Of a stretch of DNA of 64,000 nucleotides, positions 30,789 through 41,806 are shown piece by piece; position 1 is the first letter of the stretch; every line of letters begins with the position of its first letter. This DNA is from an uncultured Gemmatimonadales bacterium (GTDB lineage: Bacteria > Gemmatimonadota > Gemmatimonadetes > Longimicrobiales > Gaopeijiaceae): contig CAWGKG010000014.1 of the NCBI GenBank assembly GCA_963823035.1, positions 544,001-608,000 on the forward strand, written 5' to 3'. The position numbers were made by a program, and so were the translations under genes. A model generated the notes under the pieces. It saw nothing but the letters and a program-made list of their open reading frames with translations. It did no database searches and was not told the DNA's origin.

Positions 30789-32180
30789 TCAGAAATCCGC
30801 TCCGGTCATCGCGAGCACCAGGTCGTAGCGGGTGACGATGCCGTCGAGCGAGCCGTTCTCGCGTACCAGGCACGCGGCGTTGCCGCGCTGCAGGAGGTGC
30901 GTGACCTCCTCGGCGTCGACGTGGCCGTCGACGACGGGGTAGGGTCCGTCCATCACCGACTCCACGGGATCGTCCAACAGCGAGGGCTCCGCGATCACCC
31001 GCGCCATCAGGTCGCTCTCCGCGAGCGAGCCGATGCACTCCCCGTCCCGTACCACCGGAAGCTGGCCGATGTCGTGGGTGGTGATCGTGCCGAGCGCGAC
31101 ACGCACCGGGGTCGACGGCCCCACGGAGATGACGCCGGCGTCGCCCGCCTTGGCGTGCAGCATCTCCCGCACGCTGCGATGCTTGGCGCGGGGGAGGAAG
31201 CCGCTCTCCTTCATCCACTCGTCGTCGAAGACCTTGCTCAGATAGTGCTCGCCCCAGTCGCAGAGCACGGCCACCACGAAGCCCTCCGGGTCGTCGACCT
31301 CCCGCGCCACCTGGAGGGCGGCGTGCACGATCAGCCCCGAGGACCCGCCCACGAAGAGCCCCTCCTCCCGCGTGAGCCGGCGGGCCATCAGGAAGGAGTC
31401 GCGGTCGCTCACCGTCACGTAGTCGTCCACCAGATCCAGGTCGAGCGTGCCCGGGATCTTGTCGTTGCCGAGCCCCTCGACCTTGTAGGGATGCCCCTCG
31501 ATCTTCTCCCCGGTCTTGAAGTACGGGCCGATCATCGAACCCTCGGGATCGACGCCCACGATGCGGACCTCGGGCTTGCGCTCCTTCAGGAAGCGCGCCG
31601 TCCCCGTGATCGTGCCGCCCGTGCCCGCACCCGCGAAGAAGTGCGTGATCCTCCCCTCGCTCTGCTCCCAGAGCTCCGGGCCGGTCGTCCGGTAGTGGGC
31701 CTCGGGGTTGGCCGGGTTGTAGAACTGGTTGGCGAGCACGGCGCCGGGCGTGTCGGCGGCGATCGCCTTCGCCTTCATCACGTAGTTCTCCGGGTGGTCC
31801 GGCGGCACCGCGGTCGGGGTGATCACGACCTCCGCACCGAAGGCGCGAAGGAGCTTCACCTTCTCCTCGCTCATCTTGTCGGGCATGGTGAACACGCAGC
31901 GGTACCCCTTGATGGCGGCCGCCATGGCGAGCGCCAGCCCGGTGTTCCCGCTGGTACCCTCGACGATCGTGCCGCCGCGCCCGAGCCGTCCCTCCCGTTC
32001 GGCGGCCTCGATCATCGCGAGGCCGATCCGGTCCTTCACGGACCCGCCCGGATTCATGAACTCGGCCTTCCCGTACACCGGGGTGCGACACCCGTCCGTG
32101 ACGCGGTTGAGCCGGACCAAAGGGGTCCAGCCGACCATCTCGAGAACGTCCCCGTAGGGACGGCGGTGACGCTCGGACAT
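30789..32180 (-). CDS. Cystathionine beta-synthase-like PLP enzyme with C-terminal CBS domains
   Basis: NPGGSVKDRIG, TSGNTG, GAGTGGT, paired CBS domains. Confidence 0.9.
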   Translation of the reverse strand: MSERHRRPYGDVLEMVGWTPLVRLNRVTDGCRTPVYGKAEFMNPGGSVKDRIGLAMIEAAEREGRLGRGGTIVEGTSGNTGLALAMAAAIKGYRCVFTMPDKMSEEKVKLLRAFGAEVVITPTAVPPDHPENYVMKAKAIAADTPGAVLANQFYNPANPEAHYRTTGPELWEQSEGRITHFFAGAGTGGTITGTARFLKERKPEVRIVGVDPEGSMIGPYFKTGEKIEGHPYKVEGLGNDKIPGTLDLDLVDDYVTVSDRDSFLMARRLTREEGLFVGGSSGLIVHAALQVAREVDDPEGFVVAVLCDWGEHYLSKVFDDEWMKESGFLPRAKHRSVREMLHAKAGDAGVISVGPSTPVRVALGTITTHDIGQLPVVRDGECIGSLAESDLMARVIAEPSLLDDPVESVMDGPYPVVDGHVDAEEVTHLLQRGNAACLVRENGSLDGIVTRYDLVLAMTGADF

Positions 32181-32251
32181 GCTGGGCTCCTGGGGAACGC
32201 GGCGAGAACCCGTGGCGGTCACGAACCCGGGCAGGAGGGAGCCCTCGCCGG

Positions 32252-32668
32252 TCAGCCGGAGGTCGCACGGGACTGCCCGCCCAGGGTGTCGGGGCGGGGG
32301 CGCTTCGAGAAGTGCACGGGCACCTTCGCCCAGACCTCGATGCGCTTCCCGTCCCGCCGGGCCGGCCGGAAGCGGAGGTCCTTCGCGCCGCGGACGGCCG
32401 CCGAGTCGAACGCGGCCTCGCCCGACGACTCCACGACCTCCACGCTGTCCACCTGGCCCGTGTCCGTGACGCGGACGCGCAGAAGGGTCTCGCCCTCCAT
32501 TCCCTGATCCCACAGCCGCAGCGGATAGTCGATCGGGACTTCGCCGTAGAGGGGAGCCGGCTGGTCGACCTCACCTTCCCCGCCGCACGCCGGGACGAGG
32601 AGCACGGCCGCCGCCCACGCGGCGGAAGCGGCCGGGAACCACAGCCTGAAACGGTCGAGACCTCTCAA
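32252..32668 (-). CDS. TonB C-terminal domain protein
   Basis: YP...GMEGETLLRVRVTDTGQV...ESSG..FDSAA...FRPARRDGK; possible lipobox VPAC. Confidence 0.82.
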   Translation of the reverse strand: MRGLDRFRLWFPAASAAWAAAVLLVPACGGEGEVDQPAPLYGEVPIDYPLRLWDQGMEGETLLRVRVTDTGQVDSVEVVESSGEAAFDSAAVRGAKDLRFRPARRDGKRIEVWAKVPVHFSKRPRPDTLGGQSRATSG

Positions 32669-35275
32669 GAATTCGCCTCTTTCCCGAGCTGGTACAGGAG
32701 ATCCAGGGCCTCACGTGGCGTGAGCGCGTCCGGATCGACGGCGCGCAGCCTCGCCACCACCGGATGCTCCACCTGGAAGATCGACAGCTGGTCGGGTGGC
32801 GCCTCCGACCGGGGACGATGCGCGCCCCGCCTGCCGAGGCCCTCGCCCCCGTGGCTATGTGTTCCTTCCAACTCCGCCAAAAGTTCCCGGGCACGCTCGA
32901 TCACGTCCGACGGCAGCCCCGCGAGCCGCGCGACCTGGATGCCGTAGGACCGATCGGCGCCACCGTCGACGAGGCGGCGCAGGAAGACGATGTCCTCGCC
33001 CACCTCGCGGACCGAGACGTTCATGTTCTTCACGCCGCCCAGGAGGTCGCCCAGCTGCGTGAGCTCGTGGTAGTGCGTGGCGAAGATGGTCTTGGCGCCC
33101 AGCCGCTCGTGGATGTACTCGGTGACCGCCCACGCGATGGAGACGCCGTCGTACGTCGACGTTCCCCGCCCGATCTCGTCGAGGAGGACGAGCGATCGCT
33201 CCGTGGCACCGTGCACGATCGCGGCCGTCTCGCTCATCTCGACCATGAAGGTGGACTGTCCGCGGGCCAGGTTGTCGGACGCTCCGACCCGGGTGAAGAT
33301 CCGGTCGGTCACCGGGAGGCGCGCCTCGTCAGCAGGCACGAACGAGCCCATCTGCGCCAACAGCTGGATCAGCCCGACCTGGCGGAGCACCGTGCTCTTC
33401 CCGGCCATGTTCGGCCCGGTGAGGACGACGATCCACCCTTCGTCGGAGAGCGTCAGGTCGTTGGGGATGAACTCCTCGCGGGGCATGACCGTCTCGACCA
33501 CGGGATGGCGCCCCGCCCGGATCTCCAGCTCGAAGCCGGTGTGGATCTCGGGACGCACGTAGCCACGCCGCTCGGCCACACGCGCGAGCGTGGTCAGGAC
33601 GTCCAGCTCGGCGAGCCGGCTCCCCGCCTCCTGCAGCCGCGCCACCTCCGCCCCGAGGCTGGCGCGCAACTCGGCGAAGAGCCCCGCCTCGAGCTGGGCG
33701 ATGCGGTCCTCGGCCCCGAACACCTTCTCCTCCCACTCCTTCAGCTCGGGCGTGAAGTAGCGCTCGGCGCCCGTCAGCGTCTGCTTGCGGACGAAGTCGT
33801 CCGGCACGCGGTGGAGGTTGGACTTCGTCACCTCCAGGTAGTACCCGAACACCTTGTTGAAGCCGACCTTGAGCGAGCCGATGCCCGTGCGCTCGCGCTC
33901 GCGCGCCTGCAGACGGGCGATGAAGTCCACCGCGCCGTCGCGCACCTCCCGCAGCTCGTCCAGCTCGTCGGAGAACCCGGACCGGATGACGCCGCCCTCC
34001 TGCAGCGTGGCCGGCGGGTCCTCCGCGAGCGCGCGATCCAGGCGCTCGGCCACGTCCTCCAGGCAGTCGAGGTCGGCGGCCAGTCGCCTCAGGAGGTCCG
34101 ACGACGCGTCGGCTCCCGCGGACCGGATGGCAGGGAGGCGCCTCAGCGACCGTCGTAGCCCCGAGAGGTCGCGCGGTGCCACCCGCCCCGTACCCAGCTT
34201 TCCCGCCAGCCGCTCGAGGTCGCTCACGCCGGCGAGGGCGTCGCGCAGGGCGTCGCGCACCTTCGGGCGCTCGACCACCTCGGCGACCGCCTCCTGCCGG
34301 CCCCAGATCTCCTCGGGAACCACCAGCGGCTCGAGCACCCAACGGCGGAGGCGGCGCGCCCCCATGGCGGTCACCGTCTCGTCGAGCACGGCCAGAAGGG
34401 TGCTCTGCGCGCCGTCCTCGCCGGGCCGCAACGACTCCACCAGCTCGAGGTTGCGACGCGTCATGTCGTCGAGGACCATCACGCGCCCGGGACGCTCGAT
34501 GCGCACGGGGCGCAGGTGGCCGACGCCGGACGGCCGGATCTCGTTCAGGTACTGGACGAGCGCCCCGGTCGCGCGCACCAGGCACGCGTCCGACGACAGG
34601 AAGCCGAACCCCTCGAGCGACTGCACGGCGTAGATCCGGCGCAGCTCGTCGGCGCAGACATCGGCCTCGAACATCCAGTCGTCACGGTGCGTGCGCAGCG
34701 GTCCGTCGACCAACCCGCGCACCGCCGAGTCCTCCAGTGACCGGGGGAGCAGCAGCTCCGCGGCCTCCAGGCGACCCAGCTCGGCCGCGAGCTCCGTGGC
34801 CGGGACCTTCCGCGCGCTCAACTCTCCCGGTGGACACGTCCAGCGCCGCCAACCCCCACCCCACGTCGCCGTCCGGCACGAGCGCCACCAGGAAGTTGTT
34901 CCTGCGCTCGGAGAGGAGGGCGTCCGCCAGCACCGTGCCCGGCGTGACCGTCTCGGTCACCTCGCGCCGCACGATCCCCTTGGCGAGGGCGGGGTCCTCC
35001 ACCTGGTCGCAGATCGCGACCCGGCGGCCCAGCTTGACCAGGCGGGCGAGGTAGTCGTCCAGCGCCTTGGCCGGCACGCCCGCGAGCGGCACCTTCGCCG
35101 CCGCGCCGTTGTTGCGCGACGTGAGGGTCAGCCCCAGCAGGCGCGCCCCCTCCTCGGCGTCCGAATGGAACAGCTCGAAGAAGTCCCCGACCCGGAAGAA
35201 GAGGAGGGCGTCACGGTGGCGGGACTTGGCGTCCCGCCACTGTTGCATGAGGGGGGTGTCGTCGGAGTTGGCCAT
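32665..35275 (-). CDS. mutS: DNA mismatch repair protein MutS, frameshift near 34825
   Basis: TPLMQQW...GDFFELF; TGPNMAGKST, STFMVEM, DEIGRGTS, SYGIQVARLAG. Confidence 0.95.
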
Positions 35276-35406
35276 GAGCGCTGTACGATACCCTGCGGCG
35301 CGCGGCGCGATCAACCGTGGCGCGACCGACTACCGCGTGGTCGGGGATCCAGTAGCTTCGGATGGGTAGAGGCGCACGAGACCACCTGAGGAGAAGCGCG
35401 CGAGCC

Positions 35407-35808
35407 ATGAGCACGGACCTGGCCTACGGCCTGAAGAAGATCTTGAACGTCTCCGTGGACGAAGCAGACCCGCGTGTTCGCGACGAGCTGAAGAAGGAGG
35501 GGTTCGGGGTCCTCACGGAGATCGACGTGAAGAGCACACTCAAGCAGAAGCTCGACGTCGACTTCAAGCCCTACCGGATCCTCGGCACCTGCAACCCCCC
35601 GCTGGCGCATCGGGCCCTGACGGAGGAGCTGGACATCGGCCTCCTCCTTCCGTGCAACGTAGTCGTGTACGAGGGGGAGGATCCGGGCACGACGGTGGTC
35701 GCGATCCTCGACCCCATCCTGCAGCTGGGTGTGGCCGGTCGCGACGACATGCGCCCGCTCGCGGAGGAGGTACGGGCGCGCATGGAGCGGGTGCTCTCCG
35801 CGCTCTAG
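35407..35808 (+). CDS. DUF302 domain protein
   Basis: GFGVLTEIDV...YRILGTCNP...IGLLLPCNVVV. Confidence 0.88.
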   Translation: MSTDLAYGLKKILNVSVDEADPRVRDELKKEGFGVLTEIDVKSTLKQKLDVDFKPYRILGTCNPPLAHRALTEELDIGLLLPCNVVVYEGEDPGTTVVAILDPILQLGVAGRDDMRPLAEEVRARMERVLSAL

Positions 35809-35836
35809 CAGATCCCGGGGACGGCGGGCGGCTTTC

Positions 35837-36400
35837 TCAGAGAACGCCCATCGCCCGCGCGAAGATCGCCAGGGCGATCACGATCACCGCCACGGTCGCC
35901 CAGGTCAGCACCTTGCGGAGCTCCAGGCTGCCGGGTCCCATCGCGCTCACGCCCGTGGCGTCGAGGCCACCGCTCCCTCGCCGCACGGTCGGGAGTTCCT
36001 CCAGGTTCTTCAGGAGCGAGCGGAGCTTGCCCTCGAGCTCGATCGGGTTCTCTGGCTTGGTGATGAAGTGGTTGCCGCCCAGCCCGTAGCTGAGGGCGAC
36101 GTCGTCGTCCCGATCGGAGGAGGTGAGGACGGCGACGGGGATCCTCCGCAGGGTCTCGTCGGCCTTCACGGCCTCCAGGACCTCGTGCCCGCTGCGCCCC
36201 GGCATCTTCAGGTCGAGGAGGATCAGGTCGGGGGTCAGGCTCAACGCGAGCTCCACCGCTTCGTTGCCGTTGCGCGCCCGGTGAACCTCCACCGGCACCC
36301 GCGTCGCGCGCGTCAGCGCCATCTCGATGAGCAACGCATGGTCGTCGTTGTCCTCGGCGAGGAGGACGTTCCACCGCGCTCGCTGCGTGGGGTGCTTCAT
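35837..36400 (-). CDS. Response regulator receiver protein with C-terminal TM helix
   Basis: LAEDNDD, LLDLKMP, VLTSS, FITKP; C-terminal VLTWATVAVIVIALAIFA. Confidence 0.85.
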   Translation of the reverse strand: MKHPTQRARWNVLLAEDNDDHALLIEMALTRATRVPVEVHRARNGNEAVELALSLTPDLILLDLKMPGRSGHEVLEAVKADETLRRIPVAVLTSSDRDDDVALSYGLGGNHFITKPENPIELEGKLRSLLKNLEELPTVRRGSGGLDATGVSAMGPGSLELRKVLTWATVAVIVIALAIFARAMGVL

Positions 36401-37162
36401 CGTCCGGATCGCCCCTCCAGGTGCGCGTCCTTCACGAGGGTGGCCGAGAAACCCTGGTCCCGCACGAGCCGCAATATGTCGCCCGCCTCCTCCGCCGAGT
36501 CAAACCGCCCGACGCGCACGCGCACGAGCGGGCTTCCCGGGACGATGGCCAGACGGGCCTGGAACCCCGCCTCGACGGCCCTGTCCCGGAGCGCCACCGC
36601 GCGCCCGCGCTCAGAGAAGGCGCCGAGCTGGACGCTGAAGTTCCGCGTGTCGTCGACGCGTCCCCGGGGCGCGTCGTCGGCTTCCGGTCGCGCCGCCCGG
36701 CGGTAGGCAGGCGGAGGCGGACCGGCGCCCGCCAGCCAGGCCTCCGCGTCCCGCCGAGCGGAGCTGCCCGGATACTCGGTCATCAGCCTCGTCACGTCGT
36801 GCGCGGCCTCGGCGGAGTCCCCCGCTGCGAAGGCCGACTGCGCCAGGCGCAGGAGCGCCAGATCGGAGTAGGGTCCGCCGGGGAACTCGACGACGAGGCG
36901 CCTGAAGTCGAGGGTCGCCTCCACCGGATCCACGGTGAGCCGCCCCCGGAGCCAGAGCGCCCGTTGGACGTCCTTTCGGGAGGCGTCCGCGTAGTCGGCG
37001 TCCCACCATTCCTGCAGGACGTCGCGCGCATCTTCGGTGCGGCCCATGCGGGCCAGCTCCTCGACCTGATCGAGCCCGGCCGTCTGCCTCGCCAGCGCCG
37101 GCCCGGAGGGACGCGAGGAGCGCGACGAGCGCCAAACCGGCCGCCCAACCGCACGCTCTCAC
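36397..37162 (-). CDS. SPOR domain protein with TPR-like N-terminus, frameshift near 37100
   Basis: FSVQLGAFS...RVRVGRFDSAEEA; signal peptide in another frame from GTG 37162. Confidence 0.8.
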
Positions 37163-38178
37163 GCGGCCGCCTTGCGGGCCATCAGGCCCAGGAGCCACTC
37201 CTCGAGCAGATGCTCGTCGGTAAGGGGGCTCGCCTTCAGGAGTCGATCCACGCGCAGAAGGCCTTCGAGCGCCTCGTCGATCTCCTCGCTCCGCCAGCGC
37301 CGGGCTTGCGCGACCAGCCGCTTCGCCAGCCACCGCTGGTGTGGGGGGAGCGCGGCCTCCAGGGCACGCGGACCCTGGTCGGCGACGATGCCGAGGCGCA
37401 GGAAGTGCGTCGCGAGCGCGATCACGAGCCCCACACCGTTCTCCCCCTGCCCCAGGAGGACGCCGAGGGAGGCCAGCGCCCGGTCGAGGTGTCCGTCTCC
37501 GACCAGGTCGAGCCAACGCCAGCGGTCCTGCGAGGGGAGGCTCGTGCCGGCCGCCTCGACGTCCGCGAGCGCCACACGGGCGCGGGCGCCGACGAAGGCC
37601 TTCAGCTTCTCCAGCTCGCGGGAGAGGATGCCGAGGTTGGTGCCGATCGCCGCGCCGAGCGCCTGCGCGGCGTCCACATCGAGCTCCAGGGCGAAGCCCT
37701 CCCGCGCGCGCGTCATCAGCCATCCGGGCACGTCGGCCGCCGCGAGCGGCTGCAACTCGAGCGAGCGGGCCGTCTTCGCCAGCTCGCGGTAGAACTTCGC
37801 CTTGGATCCCTGGGGGACCGTGCAGGAGAGGATGAGCGCCAGCCCCGGCGGGGGGTCGGCCACGCACTGCAGGAGGATGTCTCGTGAGCGCGCGCTGGAG
37901 GCGAGCCCTTCCACCTCGCGCAGGACCACGACGCGCCATTCGGCCATCATCGGTGGCGTGCCGAGGATGGACGCGAGCGTCTCCGTGTCGACCTCGGTGC
38001 CGCGCAGGAAATCGAGGTTGAAGTCGCGGGTCGCGGGATCGAGGTGGGCCTGGATCAGCCCGCGGACGATCTCCTCCTTCCGGAAATCGTCGTCGCCGTG
38101 CAGGTAGAAGGCGCCGCCCCGTGCGCCGGCGAAGGAGGAAGGAAGGCTCGTCTTCCCTCCGCTATCGGTCCTGCTCAA
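37159..38178 (-). CDS. holA: DNA polymerase III subunit delta
   Basis: FYLHGDDDF, TPPMMAEWRVVV, ELEKL, DRLLK; 339 aa. Confidence 0.88.
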   Translation of the reverse strand: MSRTDSGGKTSLPSSFAGARGGAFYLHGDDDFRKEEIVRGLIQAHLDPATRDFNLDFLRGTEVDTETLASILGTPPMMAEWRVVVLREVEGLASSARSRDILLQCVADPPPGLALILSCTVPQGSKAKFYRELAKTARSLELQPLAAADVPGWLMTRAREGFALELDVDAAQALGAAIGTNLGILSRELEKLKAFVGARARVALADVEAAGTSLPSQDRWRWLDLVGDGHLDRALASLGVLLGQGENGVGLVIALATHFLRLGIVADQGPRALEAALPPHQRWLAKRLVAQARRWRSEEIDEALEGLLRVDRLLKASPLTDEHLLEEWLLGLMARKAAA

Positions 38179-38719
38179 GGCCGGTTCGCAGGAACGGGGA
38201 CCGCGTGCCGTAGCGCTGGTAGAGCGGGGAGTGCTGGAAGAGCAGCACCGAGGCGTCGTCCCACAGGCCCGCGTTCGTCACGCGTTGCTGCGATCCGAAG
38301 TGGGGCGAGTACGCCGGGAAGGAGCGCAGGAAGGCGCGCGCGCGCGGGCGGGAGACGACGATGGGCTCGAGCTCCACGGTCGGCACCACCGACCGCAAGG
38401 CCGGAGACCAGGCGGCCGCGGCGAGCAGCACCGCCATCCCCACGAGGGCCAGCGCCGTGGTGCCGGAGCTCGTGTGGCTCCTCAGGGAAGCCTCCTCGTC
38501 GACGTGGTAGAGTCGGTGCTGCAGCCTGGGGGCGAAGTCCTCGATGACCTGGGCCTCCGGCAGCGAGCGGAGGAGCTCCGCTCCGCGAGCCATCACGTGC
38601 CGGTATCGGCGACACGTCGGGCAGTCCTCGAGGTGCTCTTCAGCGTCCTCGATGAATGCCTCGGGAGCCGTGCCGTCGTAGTAGCCCGAGAAGCCTTCGA
38701 CGAATTCCGTGCAGGTCAT
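38162..38719 (-). CDS. zf-HC2 anti-sigma factor
   Basis: MTC...EEHLEDCPTC (Hx3Cx2C) plus TM; downstream of the ECF sigma. Confidence 0.85.
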   Translation of the reverse strand: MTCTEFVEGFSGYYDGTAPEAFIEDAEEHLEDCPTCRRYRHVMARGAELLRSLPEAQVIEDFAPRLQHRLYHVDEEASLRSHTSSGTTALALVGMAVLLAAAAWSPALRSVVPTVELEPIVVSRPRARAFLRSFPAYSPHFGSQQRVTNAGLWDDASVLLFQHSPLYQRYGTRSPFLRTGLEQDR

Positions 38720-38922
38720 GAAGGGCGAGCCCTCCGCGCCGTGGTTCACCAGCGATCGCATGAGTCGCAGGAGCGATGTTCGACGGTGATACTGCCATCC
38801 CGCCGGGCGGGTTCCATGTTCCCCGGTCCGCGGCGCGTGCCCCCGGACGCACCGCAGCCCCACCGGCGCCGAGCCGGTGGGGCTGCCCCCATCCCCGCCA
38901 CCCCTCTCAGGGCCCGCTCTGG

Positions 38923-39576
38923 TCAGTCGATCATGGGCGCGATGATCTGGGCGAAGTTGTTCCGCGCACGGTTCAGCCGGCTCTTCACCGTGCCGAGGTT
39001 GCAGCCGGTGATGTCGGCGATCTCCTCGTAGGTCTTCCCCTCGAGCTCGCGCAACACGAAGACGATGCGGTGGTGCTCCGGAAGCTGCTTCACGGCCTCC
39101 TCCACCTTCTCCCGCAGGTGCCGCTTGCGGAACAGGTCGTCCGGCTTGTACTGCGTGTCCTCCCACTCCAGCGGCCGATGGTCCGCGTCCCAGTTCTTCT
39201 TGATCGTCTGGAAGAGGACGAGCGGGTTGCGGGAGCGGTTGCGCAGCTCGTTCTTCGCCAGGTTGCTCGCGATCGTGTAGATCCACGTCGAGAACTTCTT
39301 CGTCTGGTCGAAGCGCTGCAGGTGTCGGTAGACCCGCACGAAGGTCTCCTGGACCAGATCCTGCGCCCGCTCGCGGTCGCCGATCGTGCGGTATACGAAG
39401 TTCAGGAGGCGCTGGTCATACCGGCTCACGAGTTCGCCGAACGCGCGTGCGTCTCCCTCCAGAGACGTCTGCACCACGTCGTTGTCCGAAAGCTCCCTGA
39501 GCCGCTGGCGATGCTCCGACGCCTCGCCTGGCGGGCGTCGCAGGTTGCCCTTGCTCTTGGTGCTGGACTTGGCCAC
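38923..39576 (-). CDS. ECF RNA polymerase sigma factor (RpoE/SigW-like)
   Basis: AQDLVQETF, FSTWIYTIA, YEEIADI...GTVKSRLNRAR. Confidence 0.93.
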   Translation of the reverse strand: MAKSSTKSKGNLRRPPGEASEHRQRLRELSDNDVVQTSLEGDARAFGELVSRYDQRLLNFVYRTIGDRERAQDLVQETFVRVYRHLQRFDQTKKFSTWIYTIASNLAKNELRNRSRNPLVLFQTIKKNWDADHRPLEWEDTQYKPDDLFRKRHLREKVEEAVKQLPEHHRIVFVLRELEGKTYEEIADITGCNLGTVKSRLNRARNNFAQIIAPMID

Positions 39577-39762
39577 GTCGTCCCCCTCTCTCACGTCATG
39601 GTGACCTGACCGCCCCAATGGCGCAGATCCGTCCTTCCAATCCTGGGGATGCAGGCCCCGTGCCACCGGGGAACAGCCCACTCCCGCCAGGGCCTCTCGC
39701 CCTTCCGTCCTCTCCTTATGACGTCCGAACGAGGCAAAATGGGACACGGCGCGCAGCGTGCT

Positions 39763-40341
39763 TCACGCTTCCGTCTCCCCCTTCCCCACCACGAACATCG
39801 CTGCGTACAGGATGGTCGCGACGCTCTTGCAGTCGATGATCTCCCCCCTGCGCACCATCTCCACGGCCTCCGAGAAACGGACGCGGAGGACCTCCACGAA
39901 CTCGTCGTCGTCGAGGTTCGACGCCCCTTCCTCGAGCCCGTCCGCCACGAACAGCCGGATGGTCTCGTCCGTGAAGCCCGGCGTGGTCAGGATCCGCGTG
40001 AGCGGAACCAGACGCCGCGCCCGGCGTCCCGTCTCCTCCTCCAGCTCCCTCGCCGCACAGGCCTCCCAGGGCTCCTCGGGCCCGAGGGGCAGCCCCGCCG
40101 GCACCTCGTGGATGTAGCCGCCGGCGGCGTACCGGTACTGCCTGAGGAGGAGGATCTCGGGATCCTCTTCCTCGACCGATCCCACCACCGGGAGCACCGC
40201 CGACGCCCCGGGGTGCCGGATCATCTCCAACTCTCCGGTCGAGCCGTCGGGAAAGCGCACGGTGTCGATGCTCAGCTTGACGATCCTGCCGTCGTGGACG
40301 ATCCGGCTCTCGAGCCGGCCGGGTGAAGCTGCTTCGCTCAC
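39763..40341 (-). CDS. NUDIX hydrolase (ADP-ribose pyrophosphatase-like)
   Basis: HPGASAV, RQYRY, PAG...AARELEEETG, TPGFTDE. Confidence 0.9.
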   Translation of the reverse strand: MSEAASPGRLESRIVHDGRIVKLSIDTVRFPDGSTGELEMIRHPGASAVLPVVGSVEEEDPEILLLRQYRYAAGGYIHEVPAGLPLGPEEPWEACAARELEEETGRRARRLVPLTRILTTPGFTDETIRLFVADGLEEGASNLDDDEFVEVLRVRFSEAVEMVRRGEIIDCKSVATILYAAMFVVGKGETEA

Positions 40342-40399
40342 ACGTCCCTCCAGGGCGCACGGGTTCGTGCCCCGACCCGACTGGCTTCCACCTCTTGGA

Positions 40400-40425
40400 T
40401 ACGAGAGCCGGCCGGAACGGTTGCA
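40400..40425 (-). promoter_or_regulatory. Putative ECF sigma promoter
   Basis: Minus strand TGCAAC-N16-CGTA upstream of nudix-sigma-antisigma. Confidence 0.55.
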
Positions 40426-40443
40426 CGGAGTTGGATCGGGGGG

Positions 40444-41806
40444 TCAGCCGCCCGGAGACGACCTCGACCGGTCCGATGGAAAGCGCCTCCAGCGCCGGGG
40501 CCACCGTGGCCGCGTCCCCCACGACCACGATCTGGGCTTCACCGGGCCGGACGTGTCGACGCCCGACCTCGGCCGTCTCCTCCACCGTCACGGCGCGAAT
40601 CCGGCCGCGGTAGGTGGCGTGGTAGTCCTCGGGGAGGCCGAACACCACCTGCTCGACGATGCGGCTCGCTACCTGGCCGGCGCTCTCCAGGCGCAGGGGA
40701 AAGACCCCCGCGATGTAGTCGCGGGACGCCACCACTTCCTCCTCGGTCGGCCCACCTTCGACCAGGCGCTCGAGCTCCCCCAGGATCTCGCGCACCGCGG
40801 GGGCGGTGACCTCGCTCCCCACCGCCGTGCTGACCTGGAAGGAGCCGGGGCGGCTCCGCAGCGCGAAACGGGAGCGCACGCCGTACGTGAAGCCGTTCCG
40901 CTCGCGCAGGTTGAGGTTGAGCCGGCTCGTGAAGGCACCGCCCAGGAGGGTGTTCATCACGGACAGCGCGTAGACGTCCGGGTTGGACCGCTCCACGCCC
41001 AGGTGCCCGACGCGGATCTCCGACTGCACGGCCCCCGGCCGATCGACGATCCATACGCGGCGCTCGGTCGTCACGGGCTCGACGGCGAACGCCTCCCCCG
41101 CCGGCGGGCTACCGTCCCATCCGCCCAGGCCGTCCCGCACCAACGCCTCGATCTCGGACACGTCCACGTCGCCCGCCACGACCAGCCCGCCCGTGGCGGG
41201 GCGATACCACGCAGAGGCGTACTCGGCGAGCGCCTCGCGCGCCACGCCCTCGACGGAGGCCACCGAGCCGCCCAGCGGGCGGGCGTAGGGCACGGCGGCG
41301 GCGAAGATGCGTCGGGCCGCCTGGTCGCCCGCGAGCGAGGACGGATCCATCGCGCGCTGGCGGATCTGGGCCAGCTGCTGGTCGCGCGCCCTCGTCACTT
41401 CCTCCTCCGGGAACTCGGGCTCGAGCAGGGTCTCGGCGAGGATGGCGACCGCCTCCTCCAGTCGCTCGGCGAGGCACGACAGCGAGATCGTGGTGCCCTC
41501 CCACCCGGTGGACACGCCCATACGTGCGCCCAGGCGCTCGAGGGACTCCGCCAGCTCGGTGCCGCTGCGCCGCTTCGTCCCGCCCTCGAGGGCGTCACCG
41601 GCCAGCACGGCGAGGCCGGCGCGGTCCTCCGCCAGGGCGGACTCCCCGGCGCGCACGAACAGGTTCGCGCTCACGACGGGGAGGCGGGAGAGCCGCGCGA
41701 CCCGCAGGTCGAGGCCCCCGCCCAGCTCGCGGTGGTCCACGTCCGGGAAGTCGAAGGGACGGATGGCGGCGGACCGCGGCGGTGCCGTCCGGTCCACGGG
41801 CGTCAT
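40444..41806 (-). CDS. M16 peptidase family, non-catalytic subunit (cytoplasmic)
   Basis: No HxxEH; GGAFTSRLNLNLRERNGFTYG. The likely true stop is at 40444 after a one-base insertion; the ORF track extends it spuriously to 39716. Confidence 0.82.

Noticed and set aside
39716..40443. Long C-terminal extension of the M16 subunit over the NUDIX gene
   Set aside because: Out-of-frame read-through from a likely one-base insertion near 40451; it fully overlaps a clear NUDIX ORF.
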